DNA of 64,000 nucleotides from an uncultured bacterium (GTDB lineage Bacteria > Patescibacteriota > Minisyncoccia > Phycocordibacterales > UBA2100): NCBI GenBank assembly GCA_903858755.1, contig CAIOKC010000029.1, positions 1,059-65,058 of the forward strand, read 5' to 3'. Positions 38,415-47,436 of the stretch are shown here, one piece after another (position 1 is the first letter of the stretch; every line of letters starts with the position of its first letter). Both the position numbers and the translations under genes were made by a program. A model generated the notes under the pieces. It worked only from the letters and a program-made list of their open reading frames with translations, was not told where the DNA came from and searched no databases.

Positions 38415-40625
38415 ATGGCGACGCTCGAGAACATGCTGCGGTGGGTGGTGATTGCGTGCGCTTTCGCGCTTCCGTTTGTCGTGTTCATCATCTCCAACTC
38501 GCTCTTCTTCCCGTTCATCACGGGCAAGAATTTCACGTTTCGCATCGTCGTCGAGATCATGGCGGGCGCGTGGCTTTCGCTCGCGCTCGTCTATCCGAAG
38601 TACCGACCGACACGCTCGCTCATACTCGGCGTATTCACAGCGTTCGTCGCTCTCATCGCGCTTTCTGATGTGCTCGGCGTGCATCCGTTCAAGAGCTTCT
38701 GGAGCAATTATGAGCGCATGGATGGCTGGATCACGCTCGCGCATCTCGCGCTCTACCTTTTTGCCGCCGTATCCGTCCTCAATACGGAGAATCTATGGCG
38801 GCGACTCTGGCAGACGAGCATCGGCATATCCGCTACCCTTTCCGTCTACGGGCTTTTGCAGCTTGCCGGGATTCTCGCGTTCGGACAGAAGACCGGCACT
38901 GGTCTTGCTGCTCGCGTCGACGCGACCTTCGGCAACCCGATCTATCTCGCGGTCTACATGCTTTTCCATATCTTTATGGCATCGCTCCTCTGGGCGCAGG
39001 CGTGGCGCGAACGCGCACCGGGGAAACGAGCCATGATTTCATGGTGGTATGGCTCCGTCATCGTGCTCGATACCATCGTACTTTTTTTCACCGGGACGCG
39101 CGGCGCTATGCTCGGCTTGATCGGCGGCGCACTCTCTGCGATCGTGCTCTATGCCTTCGTCGCTGGTGGCGCCCGTATCCGCGGACTCGCGGTCGGGAGT
39201 CTCGTCGGCGTGGCGCTTCTCGGGGGAGCTCTGTGGTCCGCGCGCGATACGTCGCTCGTGAAGAGTGTCGGATTCCTCGATCGCCTGGCGTCGATATCGC
39301 TCTCGGACGCGACGGTGAAAGCGCGCTTCATCAACTGGTCGATCGCATGGCAAGGGGTGAAAGAGCGCCCGGTGTTCGGATGGGGGCAGGAAAATTACGC
39401 TATCGTCTTCGACAAGTACTACGATCCGCGCATGTACGAGCAGGAACCGTGGTTTGATCGCGTCCACAATATCGTTTTCGATTGGTGGATCGCCGGCGGT
39501 ACGCTCGGTCTCTTTGCGTATCTATCGATATTCGCGGCAGCGTTGTGGACGCTCTGGAGGAGTCAGGCGTTTTCGGTCGGAGAGAAAAGCATTCTCACCG
39601 GTCTGCTCGCGGGATACTTCACGCACAACTTCTTCGTATTCGACAACGTCACAAGCTATATCGCGTTTGGCATGCTTGTGGGGTACATCGTGTGGCACAC
39701 TCGCGGCTCGGGCGGTACATTCCTCGAGGATGTGCGCATACCCGAGGGAGCGCTGCCAGTCGTCGCCGCGTGTATCGTCGTCCTTACCTGGGGAGGCGCA
39801 TGGTATGCGAATGCGGGCGCGCTCGCGCAGAATCGCGCGCTCCTCTCATCGCTCGAGCCGCAAGAAGGAGGGTTGAAGAAGAATCTCGAGCTTCTGCAGA
39901 AATCGATTGCGTACGGGAGTTTCGGCACCCAGGAGGCGCGAGAGCAGCTCGCGCAGATCGCTTCTCGTGTCGCGACGATCGACGCGGATCTCCCGACCAA
40001 ACAGGCGTTTTTCGAGGCGGGTACGCGCGAGATGGCACTGCAAGCCGATGCGTCGCCGCTCGATGCGCGATTCCCGCTTTTCCTCGGACTCCTCTTCAAT
40101 TCATACGGCGACTACGCGGATGCGATGCCAGCGCTTGAGCGTGCCCGTGCTCTCTCACCGAAAAAGCAGTCGATCATCCTCCAGATGGCAGCGACCGCGG
40201 AAGCGCTCGGCGATACGGGTCGCAGCATCGCGCTTTTCAAGGAAGCGTACGAGCTCGACACCTCTTTTGCGGGCGTGCGGGTACTCTACGCGGCGGCGCT
40301 CGTGCGGGCGGCGCGCGACGCGGAAGCGGACATGATCCTTGCGCCGATCATCTCCTCCGGGGAAGCGGCGAATCAGCAGCTTCTCGCAGCGTATATGGCG
40401 CGAACGCAGTATGGGAAGATTAGTACGATCTGGGAGGCGTATGTGAAGACTCATCCGGCAGATGCTCAGGGGTTCCTCACGCTCGCGTCCGCCTACTACG
40501 CTTCCGGCGATTCAGAGAAAGCTGTGGCGACGCTCCGGCGCATAGACGCGCGCGATGCGGCGACGAAAGCGCAGGTCGAACAATTGATACAAGAAGTGCG
40601 CAGCGGGACCGCGCAGCTGCTATAA
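38415..40625 (+). CDS. O-antigen ligase-family membrane protein with TPR-like C-terminus
   Basis: TFGNPIY, TGTRG, RPVFGWG, DRVHN, helical repeat tail. Confidence 0.87.
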   Translation: MATLENMLRWVVIACAFALPFVVFIISNSLFFPFITGKNFTFRIVVEIMAGAWLSLALVYPKYRPTRSLILGVFTAFVALIALSDVLGVHPFKSFWSNYERMDGWITLAHLALYLFAAVSVLNTENLWRRLWQTSIGISATLSVYGLLQLAGILAFGQKTGTGLAARVDATFGNPIYLAVYMLFHIFMASLLWAQAWRERAPGKRAMISWWYGSVIVLDTIVLFFTGTRGAMLGLIGGALSAIVLYAFVAGGARIRGLAVGSLVGVALLGGALWSARDTSLVKSVGFLDRLASISLSDATVKARFINWSIAWQGVKERPVFGWGQENYAIVFDKYYDPRMYEQEPWFDRVHNIVFDWWIAGGTLGLFAYLSIFAAALWTLWRSQAFSVGEKSILTGLLAGYFTHNFFVFDNVTSYIAFGMLVGYIVWHTRGSGGTFLEDVRIPEGALPVVAACIVVLTWGGAWYANAGALAQNRALLSSLEPQEGGLKKNLELLQKSIAYGSFGTQEAREQLAQIASRVATIDADLPTKQAFFEAGTREMALQADASPLDARFPLFLGLLFNSYGDYADAMPALERARALSPKKQSIILQMAATAEALGDTGRSIALFKEAYELDTSFAGVRVLYAAALVRAARDAEADMILAPIISSGEAANQQLLAAYMARTQYGKISTIWEAYVKTHPADAQGFLTLASAYYASGDSEKAVATLRRIDARDAATKAQVEQLIQEVRSGTAQLL

Positions 40626-40662
40626 GTGTTGCGCGCGTCTGATTTCGGGCTATACTGCGCTT

Positions 40663-40713
40663 GTGAGTGCCACACAGTTCTGTGGACTGTGCGACACGAT
40701 TGAAAGTCCGTAG
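40663..40713 (+). other. Candidate leaderless micro-ORF MSATQFCGLCDTIESP, or small RNA
   Basis: TATACT at 40651-56, 6 nt, GTG...TAG, then terminator hairpin. Confidence 0.4.
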
Positions 40714-40714
40714 T

Positions 40715-40736
40715 ACCCGCCGCAAGGCGGGTTTCT
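40715..40736 (+). terminator. Terminator hairpin
   Basis: ACCCGCC-GCAA-GGCGGGT-TTCT. Confidence 0.65.
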
Positions 40737-41092
40737 GCGCCCTCGGTCTCCTTGTTTGTTTGCGAGCGAGACACATGGTGCTAGGATTGTGCATAGGTAC
40801 GGCGCAGCGTGGAGGGCGGCGGCACTCACATAAGACTTTCACTTTGGAGCTCGCACCCGCCTTCCACGCTGCGCCGTATTTTTTTGAACACGCGATCGCG
40901 CGACCTGGAAATATTTTTTGAAATAAAAACGCGATCGTCAGATGAGTTTTTATTTTCTAAAAAGTTATCCACATTCGCACACGTATGATGCATTGCGCAG
41001 GTACATCGGTGCAATAATGAAAGAGAAAACGCGTTGTGCTGCACATCGGTGCGCAGGCGTGGGTCGAACTTAGTACTCAAAACGAAATTTAT

Positions 41093-41143
41093 ATGGCAAA
41101 GAAAAAGAAGGCAAAGAAAGCAAAGGCAAAGAAGCGCCGCTAA
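41093..41143 (+). CDS. 16-aa Lys-rich micro-protein MAKKKKAKKAKAKKRR
   Basis: ATG...TAA with an A/T-rich leader and a strong downstream hairpin. Confidence 0.65.
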   Translation: MAKKKKAKKAKAKKRR

Positions 41144-41168
41144 GCTCGCGTTTCTCTGGCTAGAGAAC

Positions 41169-41200
41169 CAACGATCCCTCCACCCGGAGGGATCGTTGTT
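41169..41200 (+). terminator. Terminator hairpin
   Basis: CAACGATCCCTCC-ACCC-GGAGGGATCGTTG-TT. Confidence 0.7.
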
Positions 41201-41225
41201 CGTTGGGAGGAGACCGTATCACCAA

Positions 41226-41262
41226 GAACCCACCTAGGACACGCCGTGTCCTAGGTGGGTTC
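41226..41262. repeat. REP palindrome, RAYT-1 family
   Basis: GAACCCAC-CTAGGACACG-C-CGTGTCCTAG-GTGGGTTC, perfect 18-bp arms. Confidence 0.9.
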
Positions 41263-41311
41263 GTGTGCGGCGCGTGTCGCGCGAGATATTCATTTGCGGT
41301 AGGATGCTCCA

Positions 41312-43810
41312 ATGGCGTTCTGGAAACGACTCTTGGGAGATGAAAATGCGGCAGCGCTCAAGCGCGCGCAATTCATCGTCGAGCGGACGAACGCGCTCGA
41401 GGAGGGGGTGCGCGCCCTTTCGGATGACGCGCTCAAAGCGAAGACGACTGCTTTCAGGGATCGCATTCAAAAAGGAGAGGCGTTGGACGATCTCGCTCCT
41501 GAAGCATTTGCGGTGGTCCGTGAGGCTTCGCGCAGGACGCTCGGTCAGCGGCATTTCGATGTGCAGCTCATCGGTGGGATGATACTGCACCAAGGGGGGA
41601 TCGCCGAGATGCGGACCGGCGAGGGGAAGACACTTGTCGCGACCTTGCCCGCATACCTCAATGCTCTGTCGGGCAAAGGCGTGCACGTCGTCACCGTCAA
41701 CGACTATCTCTCCAGGCGCGATGCGGTATGGATGGGGCAGATTTACCACGCGCTTGGGATTTCGGTCGGAGTCATCAATCACGAATCTTCCTATCTCTAC
41801 GATCCATCGCACGCGATCGACGATGCCGAGCGAGACGAACTCGGCGCTTTCAAGGTGATGCACGATTTCCTGCGACCGTGCACGCGGCATGAAGCATACG
41901 CCGCGGATATCACGTACGGCACCAACAACGAGTACGGCTTCGACTACTTGCGGGACAATCTGGAATACGAGAGCTCCAAGCTTCGTCAGCGCTTGCCGCA
42001 GACGGGAGGATACCACTTTGCGATCGTCGACGAGATAGATTCGATCCTCATCGACGAAGCGCGAACGCCGCTCATCATCTCTGCGCCCGTCTCCGACGCG
42101 GAGTCGCTCTACGGGCGCTTCGCGAATATCGCCCGCACGCTCGCGCTCGGGGAGGATTACGCGGTCGACGAGAAGCACAAGCAGATATCGCTTACGGATG
42201 CGGGTATTGAGAAGGCGCAGAAAGCGCTCGGGATCGAGAACATCTATACGGACGCGGGCATCAAATACGTGCATCATCTCGAGACCGCGACGCGCGCCGC
42301 CGCTCTTTTCAGGCGGGACAAGGATTATGTCGTACGCGACGGCGCCATCGTGATCGTCGACGAATTCACCGGAAGACTCCAGCCGGGGCGGCGATGGTCT
42401 GAGGGTCTGCATCAGGCGATCGAAGCGAAGGAGGGAGTGCTTGTCCAGCAGGAATCTCGCACGTTCGCGTCGATCACGTTCCAGAATTATTTCCGCCTGT
42501 ATGGCAAGCTCGCCGGTATGACGGGCACGGCGACGACCTCGTCGGAAGAATTCTACAAAGTGTATGGTCTCAATACCGTAGTCGTCCCCACGAACAAGCA
42601 AGCCAAGCGCAAAGACAGCGACGATCTTATATTCCAGACCGAGAACGGGAAGATGAGGGCGATTGCGCGCAGGGTGAAAGAGCTGCATGAGAAAGGGCAG
42701 CCAGTCCTTGTGGGGACCGCTTCCGTCGAGAAGAACGAGCTCCTCTCGGCGCATTTCAAGCAGGAAGGAATCCCGCACGAGGTACTGAACGCGAAGAATC
42801 ATGAGCGGGAGGGCGAGATCATCGCGCAAGCAGGGAAGAGAGGCGCGGTCACGATCGCGACCAACATGGCGGGTCGCGGTGTGGACATCAAACTCGGCGG
42901 GAATCCTTCGATCGATGCAGAGTATGAGGCAGTAAAAGACCTGGGAGGACTCTTTGTCCTCGGTACCGAACGGCACGAGGCGCGCCGTATCGACAATCAG
43001 CTTCGCGGTCGCTCCGGTCGCCAAGGAGATCCCGGCGAAACGCAGTTTTTCGTATCGCTCGAAGATCCGCTCATGCGCATTTTCGCGAACGAGACAATCA
43101 AGCGCGTGATGGGTTCGTTCAACATACCGGAAGACGAGCCGATCCATAACCCGATGATCACGAGAGCGCTCGAGAAAGCACAGACGCGCATCGAAGAATT
43201 GCATTTCGATTCGCGGAAACACGTCCTCGCCTACGACGACGTCCTCAATATCCAGCGGCAATCCGTATACGCGCGCCGCCGCATGCTCCTGACGGGAGAG
43301 CACGCTGCGCTCGACGAGGAGCTTGCGCGCATTGGTCTCGGAGATGGGGCATTCGCAGCCACAGCGGAAAAGAAAAAGAGCGAGCTCGGAGACGCGTTCT
43401 ACCCGAGCGTCCGGCGTTTCCTTCTGCAGACGGTAGATTTCCTCTGGGTGGAACATCTGGAAGCGATGGAGTATTTGAGGAGTTCGGTCAATCTTCGCGC
43501 TTACGGTCAGCGGGATCCTCTTGTGGAATACAAGAAAGAAGGGCTCCGTCTCTTCCAGACCATGGAAGAAACGTATCAGATGCAAGCCGCGCACTCCCTG
43601 GCGAGCCTCGGAGCAGCGCCACCGAGCGCTCCTGCAAGCGCTGTCAGGAAAGCAGCGCTTGCCCTCACTGCGCAACACCCAGGGGGAGGGAGGGAAGAAT
43701 ACGGTCGCAACGACAGGATCACGATCACAAACGGGACGGAGACGCGAGAGATGAAGTACAAGAAAGCGGAAGGCTTGCTTTCGCAAGGCTGGCGCATCAT
43801 CGAAAACTAG
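41312..43810 (+). CDS. secA: Preprotein translocase subunit SecA
   Basis: MRTGEGKT, VTVNDYL, DEIDSILIDEARTPL, TNMAGRG, RRIDNQLRGRSGRQGDPG, YGQRDPL. Confidence 0.97.
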   Translation: MAFWKRLLGDENAAALKRAQFIVERTNALEEGVRALSDDALKAKTTAFRDRIQKGEALDDLAPEAFAVVREASRRTLGQRHFDVQLIGGMILHQGGIAEMRTGEGKTLVATLPAYLNALSGKGVHVVTVNDYLSRRDAVWMGQIYHALGISVGVINHESSYLYDPSHAIDDAERDELGAFKVMHDFLRPCTRHEAYAADITYGTNNEYGFDYLRDNLEYESSKLRQRLPQTGGYHFAIVDEIDSILIDEARTPLIISAPVSDAESLYGRFANIARTLALGEDYAVDEKHKQISLTDAGIEKAQKALGIENIYTDAGIKYVHHLETATRAAALFRRDKDYVVRDGAIVIVDEFTGRLQPGRRWSEGLHQAIEAKEGVLVQQESRTFASITFQNYFRLYGKLAGMTGTATTSSEEFYKVYGLNTVVVPTNKQAKRKDSDDLIFQTENGKMRAIARRVKELHEKGQPVLVGTASVEKNELLSAHFKQEGIPHEVLNAKNHEREGEIIAQAGKRGAVTIATNMAGRGVDIKLGGNPSIDAEYEAVKDLGGLFVLGTERHEARRIDNQLRGRSGRQGDPGETQFFVSLEDPLMRIFANETIKRVMGSFNIPEDEPIHNPMITRALEKAQTRIEELHFDSRKHVLAYDDVLNIQRQSVYARRRMLLTGEHAALDEELARIGLGDGAFAATAEKKKSELGDAFYPSVRRFLLQTVDFLWVEHLEAMEYLRSSVNLRAYGQRDPLVEYKKEGLRLFQTMEETYQMQAAHSLASLGAAPPSAPASAVRKAALALTAQHPGGGREEYGRNDRITITNGTETREMKYKKAEGLLSQGWRIIEN

Positions 43811-43836
43811 GACACGCCGTGTCCTAGTTTTCGATG
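43798..43836. repeat. REP palindrome, RAYT-1 family, containing both convergent stop codons
   Basis: CATCGAAAA-CTAGGACACG-C-CGTGTCCTAG-TTTTCGATG. Confidence 0.9.
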
Positions 43837-44474
43837 TCGAGGCTACGCTCTGCTTTCGCGCGATCAGAAATAATCGAGCGTATTTCGTTCTCGTACCTTC
43901 TTCTCGATCCCACCATATCTGTAAGCAGAGCGGTGTCGATTATGGAAGGGAAGTTTCGCACCCCGCAGTAGTCGAGGTGGCTGCTCCACCGATATTCCAG
44001 CAGATACTTCAGCGCTCTGTCTGGGTCGCGCACTCCGCCTGAGCGCCACGCGGGGAACTTGTGATCAAGTGGATTCAGATGCACATAATAGGGGATGTAC
44101 ATAAAGTGCGCGTCGCGTTGCAGCGGTATCTTTTTTGAGGGTCCTTGCCATAGCACGCCTGAGCGATCGTATTTTTCGTTGAAGTATTTCGCGTATCCCA
44201 TGTTGAATTTTTGCAGAAAACGAGAGATACCATGTTCCGTGCGCTCTGAAAGAATAAGGTGGTAATGGTTTTCCATGAGGCAGAATGCATGGATGCTGAC
44301 GAGCCGTTCCCGACTCTTCTCCGCATGTCGTCCGGGAAGGATGTAATTTTGCGCCAGCTTTTCGTCGTTGAAGGCATATAAATCATGCAGGAACCGCAAA
44401 CGGTCTTTGTCGTCGAGCACGACGGCGCGTTTCTCCACTCCGCGGTTTAGCACGTGGAACAACTCTTCTGCCAT
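43824..44474 (-). mobile_element. REP-associated tyrosine (HUH Y1) transposase, RAYT-1
   Basis: FHVLNRG, FCLMENHYHL, YFNEKY..SGVLWQG, YVHLNP, YRWSS. Confidence 0.9.
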
Positions 44475-44485
44475 ACCCCCATTGT

Positions 44486-44518
44486 ACCAAACTAGGACAC
44501 GGCGTGTCCTAGTTTGGT
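44486..44518. repeat. REP palindrome, RAYT-1 family, abutting the RAYT-1 -10 box
   Basis: ACCAAA-CTAGGACACG-G-CGTGTCCTAG-TTTGGT. Confidence 0.9.
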
Positions 44519-44603
44519 GGGGGTAGATGCATAAGGATGATCTCAAGGATGATCACACGGAGGGTCTATAGAATGCGGCGCGGAGATTTGGTACAGTACG
44601 ATG

Positions 44604-46040
44604 ATGTCAGAGTACGTCCCGACAATAGGTCTTGAGATTCACGCGGAATTGAAGACGCAGACAAAGATGTTCTGCGACTCAAAGAATGATCCAGACGAGA
44701 AACGACCGAATGTAAACGTGTGCCCAATCTGTCTCGCGCATCCTGGCACGCTTCCCGTGATCAACAGGGAAGCGGTACGGCACGTGCTTCGCGTCGGGGT
44801 CGCTCTCGGGAGCAAGCTCGCCGATTACACGGAATTCGACCGGAAGAATTATTTCTATCCTGATCTCCCAAAGGGGTATCAGATCTCCCAATTTGAATAT
44901 CCGCTGGTGAGCGGGGGAGAGCTGCGGGGAGTCGCGATTACTCGCGTGCACCTTGAAGAGGATACCGCAAGCTCTATTCACGATGAGGCGACCAGCTCGA
45001 CCACTATCGACTTCAACCGCTCTGGCGTCCCCTTGATGGAGCTTGTGACGGAGCCGGTCATGCAGAGCGCCCGAGAGGCAGGCGCGTTTGCCCGAGAATT
45101 GCAGCTGCTTCTCCGCACGCTCGGCGCGAGTGATGCAAACATGGAAAAGGGTGAGATGCGCGTGGAAGCGAATGTGTCCGTCGCGAAGAAGGGGGAGCGA
45201 AGCGCGGCGTATGTAGAAATAAAGAATCTTAATTCATTTCGCGCGATGGAGAAGGCGATACAGTATGAGATACAGCGTCAGACGAAGATGATTGAAGCGG
45301 GTGAAGTGCTCGTGAAGCAAACGCTTGGATGGGATGAAAATAAGCAAGCGACGTTTCCGCAGCGCACCAAAGAGGGAAGCGCAGACTACCGATACTTTCC
45401 TGATCCAGATTTGCCGTCGCTCAAGATCTCTGAGATCGAGGATCTTGACAGAGACAGACTTGTATCGTCCATCCCAGAATTGCCTCAAGTACGCCGAGAG
45501 CGGTATATCGCCCTCGGCGTGAGGGCGGAAGATGCCGATAGCTTCGCCAGCACGCCTCTCGGTGCATTCTTCGAGGAGGTACTAGCGGGAGAGAACGACG
45601 CCTCCAAGATTCTCCTTGCGGCAAACTACATCGCGAACGATCTGGTGAATAATATCCGAGATACCGATGCTCGAGATACGGAGGAAATAGCCGAGATTCC
45701 GATATCGGCACGTGATTTCAAGGATATAATCGATCTGATCGCATCAGAGCGTATATCTTCGCGCTCCGCAAAGGACATCCTTGCTGAGACCATACTCACG
45801 AAGAAAGCGCCACTCTCGATAGCCGAAGAAAGACAGCTCTTCCAGGTATCGGACAACTCTCTCATTGATGCAACGATAGAAACGGTATTCTCAGAGAATC
45901 CTGCTGCTCTTCAAGATCTTGTGTCCGGGAAAGGTGCTGCTCTCGAATATTTGGTCGGGCAGTGTATGAAGATTCTCCGGGGGGCAGGGAATCCGGCGAT
46001 CATCCGAGAGCGTATCAAAGTGAAAGTTGTACAAAAGTAG
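44604..46040 (+). CDS. gatB: Asp/Glu-tRNA amidotransferase subunit B
   Basis: IGLEIHAEL, FDRKNYFYPDLPKGYQISQ, HLEED, NRSGVPLMELVTEP, YRYFPDPDL. Confidence 0.97.
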   Translation: MSEYVPTIGLEIHAELKTQTKMFCDSKNDPDEKRPNVNVCPICLAHPGTLPVINREAVRHVLRVGVALGSKLADYTEFDRKNYFYPDLPKGYQISQFEYPLVSGGELRGVAITRVHLEEDTASSIHDEATSSTTIDFNRSGVPLMELVTEPVMQSAREAGAFARELQLLLRTLGASDANMEKGEMRVEANVSVAKKGERSAAYVEIKNLNSFRAMEKAIQYEIQRQTKMIEAGEVLVKQTLGWDENKQATFPQRTKEGSADYRYFPDPDLPSLKISEIEDLDRDRLVSSIPELPQVRRERYIALGVRAEDADSFASTPLGAFFEEVLAGENDASKILLAANYIANDLVNNIRDTDARDTEEIAEIPISARDFKDIIDLIASERISSRSAKDILAETILTKKAPLSIAEERQLFQVSDNSLIDATIETVFSENPAALQDLVSGKGAALEYLVGQCMKILRGAGNPAIIRERIKVKVVQK

Positions 46041-46101
46041 GCAATCCACAGACTGCATATTCGCTCTGTTCTCGGGCGAGAATCGGCTTTATACTGTATC
46101 T

Positions 46102-47034
46102 ATGTCTGACGAGATCTCTGTAGAAGGGAAGGAGTACGTTTCTTCCAAGAAGGCATCCCGCACGACTGGCTACTCCCAGGATTATATTGGTCAGCTTGCC
46201 CGCAAAGGGGTGATTGATGCGCGGCGGGTGGGCGGTCTTTGGTACATCTTGATGGATTCTCTCGAATTGCATAAAAAGAGGTCCGAGGAGTTCTCTCCCG
46301 AGCCACCGAAGCGAGATTCCGAGATTGCGCAGGACACGCTCCTTTCATTCGACGGGCGAGATTTTGTCTCGGCATCGCGCGCAGCTGAGATCACCGGCTA
46401 CAATCAGGATTACGTTGGTCAGCTCGCTCGCTCCGGTGCAGTGCTTTCAAAGCAGGTAGGCAACCGCTGGTTTGTCGATCGAGAAGCACTCCGAGACCAT
46501 AAGGCAGAAAAAGACTCTCTTCTTGCTGCTGTACAATCGCAGTCGGTAGGTCTCAAGAAGAGTCTAGAAGTGCCGCAGACCCCCTACGAACACAGCTATG
46601 CCGGCGCAGGTCCTTTTCTTACCTATACCAAGGATGATCAAGACCTTTTTCCCACGTTGTCTGCTCAGGATTCAGGTGATTCGCTCGGCAGTCTTTCTCA
46701 TGAACCGGAGGAGGTACATCAGGTCCCTATACATGTACTCAACGCACGCGAAATCGTCTCGATATCGAGGAAGTCGTTCGTTAAGTACCCAATAGGTCGT
46801 ACGCACGGAAAGACTATATTTTACGGCGCTTCTGCGGCAGCGGCTTTGACGATCGTCATTGTGCTTTCTTTTGGATTTGGTTCTCTCAAAGAACGTTCGA
46901 TGTATACTCTCACGACTGTCCGAAGCACGGCATCCGTAGGACCTTTGCTTGAAAGCGCTAGCGGCTTCCTGGATGCTTTCGGGGGTTGGCTTGAGCACCT
47001 ACTTGTCCCCGAGATTTCATACCGGCGGAGATAG
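46102..47034 (+). CDS. Protein with two excisionase/MerR-like HTH domains and a C-terminal TM
   Basis: YVSSKKAS.TTGYSQDYIGQLARKG..DARRVGGLWYI, repeated as FVSASRAAEITGYNQDYVGQLARSG...KQVGNRWFV; TM AAALTIVIVLSFGFG. Confidence 0.82.
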   Translation: MSDEISVEGKEYVSSKKASRTTGYSQDYIGQLARKGVIDARRVGGLWYILMDSLELHKKRSEEFSPEPPKRDSEIAQDTLLSFDGRDFVSASRAAEITGYNQDYVGQLARSGAVLSKQVGNRWFVDREALRDHKAEKDSLLAAVQSQSVGLKKSLEVPQTPYEHSYAGAGPFLTYTKDDQDLFPTLSAQDSGDSLGSLSHEPEEVHQVPIHVLNAREIVSISRKSFVKYPIGRTHGKTIFYGASAAAALTIVIVLSFGFGSLKERSMYTLTTVRSTASVGPLLESASGFLDAFGGWLEHLLVPEISYRRR

Positions 47035-47436
47035 AAGGGGGAGATCGGACCCTTGCAGCATCTTTTCTCAAACTCTCGAGACGCAAAGACCTTCACAGGG
47101 GTCTTTTCGCCAATCCACTGCCGAGATATGCCGAGATACCTATGTAAATCGTATCTCGGATCGACTAATTCTCATATCGTCTCTTACAGATTCGAGCGAT
47201 TCTTCTGGGCAGCTACCACCACAGGTCCCGTATTCCGTGGCTTTTTTACCGACCCCCCAACCAAGGCTTACCATTGCGCCGCATCTAAGCCGTTTATCTG
47301 ATTTTCTTTCTGACCCCATCTTCTTTTACGATCCTAAATCTCCGCATTGTTCTTATCCCCATGTTTTTGCACCGGATATCAACACGATATCCCAAAAAAG
47401 ACCTAGAATACTAGATAAGTCGTGCATCCGAACATC

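Noticed and set aside
40905-40975. oriC candidate (AT-rich tract plus TTATCCACA at 40965-40973)
   Set aside because: Only one perfect DnaA box, with no box cluster and no dnaA/dnaN adjacent
41234-43786. 850-aa minus-strand ORF
   Set aside because: Antisense shadow of secA with no motifs; expected in GC-rich coding DNA
47035-47436. ORFs or ncRNA in the 400-bp gap
   Set aside because: The short ORFs lack motifs and only weak hairpins are visible; probably regulatory, but no specific call is supportable
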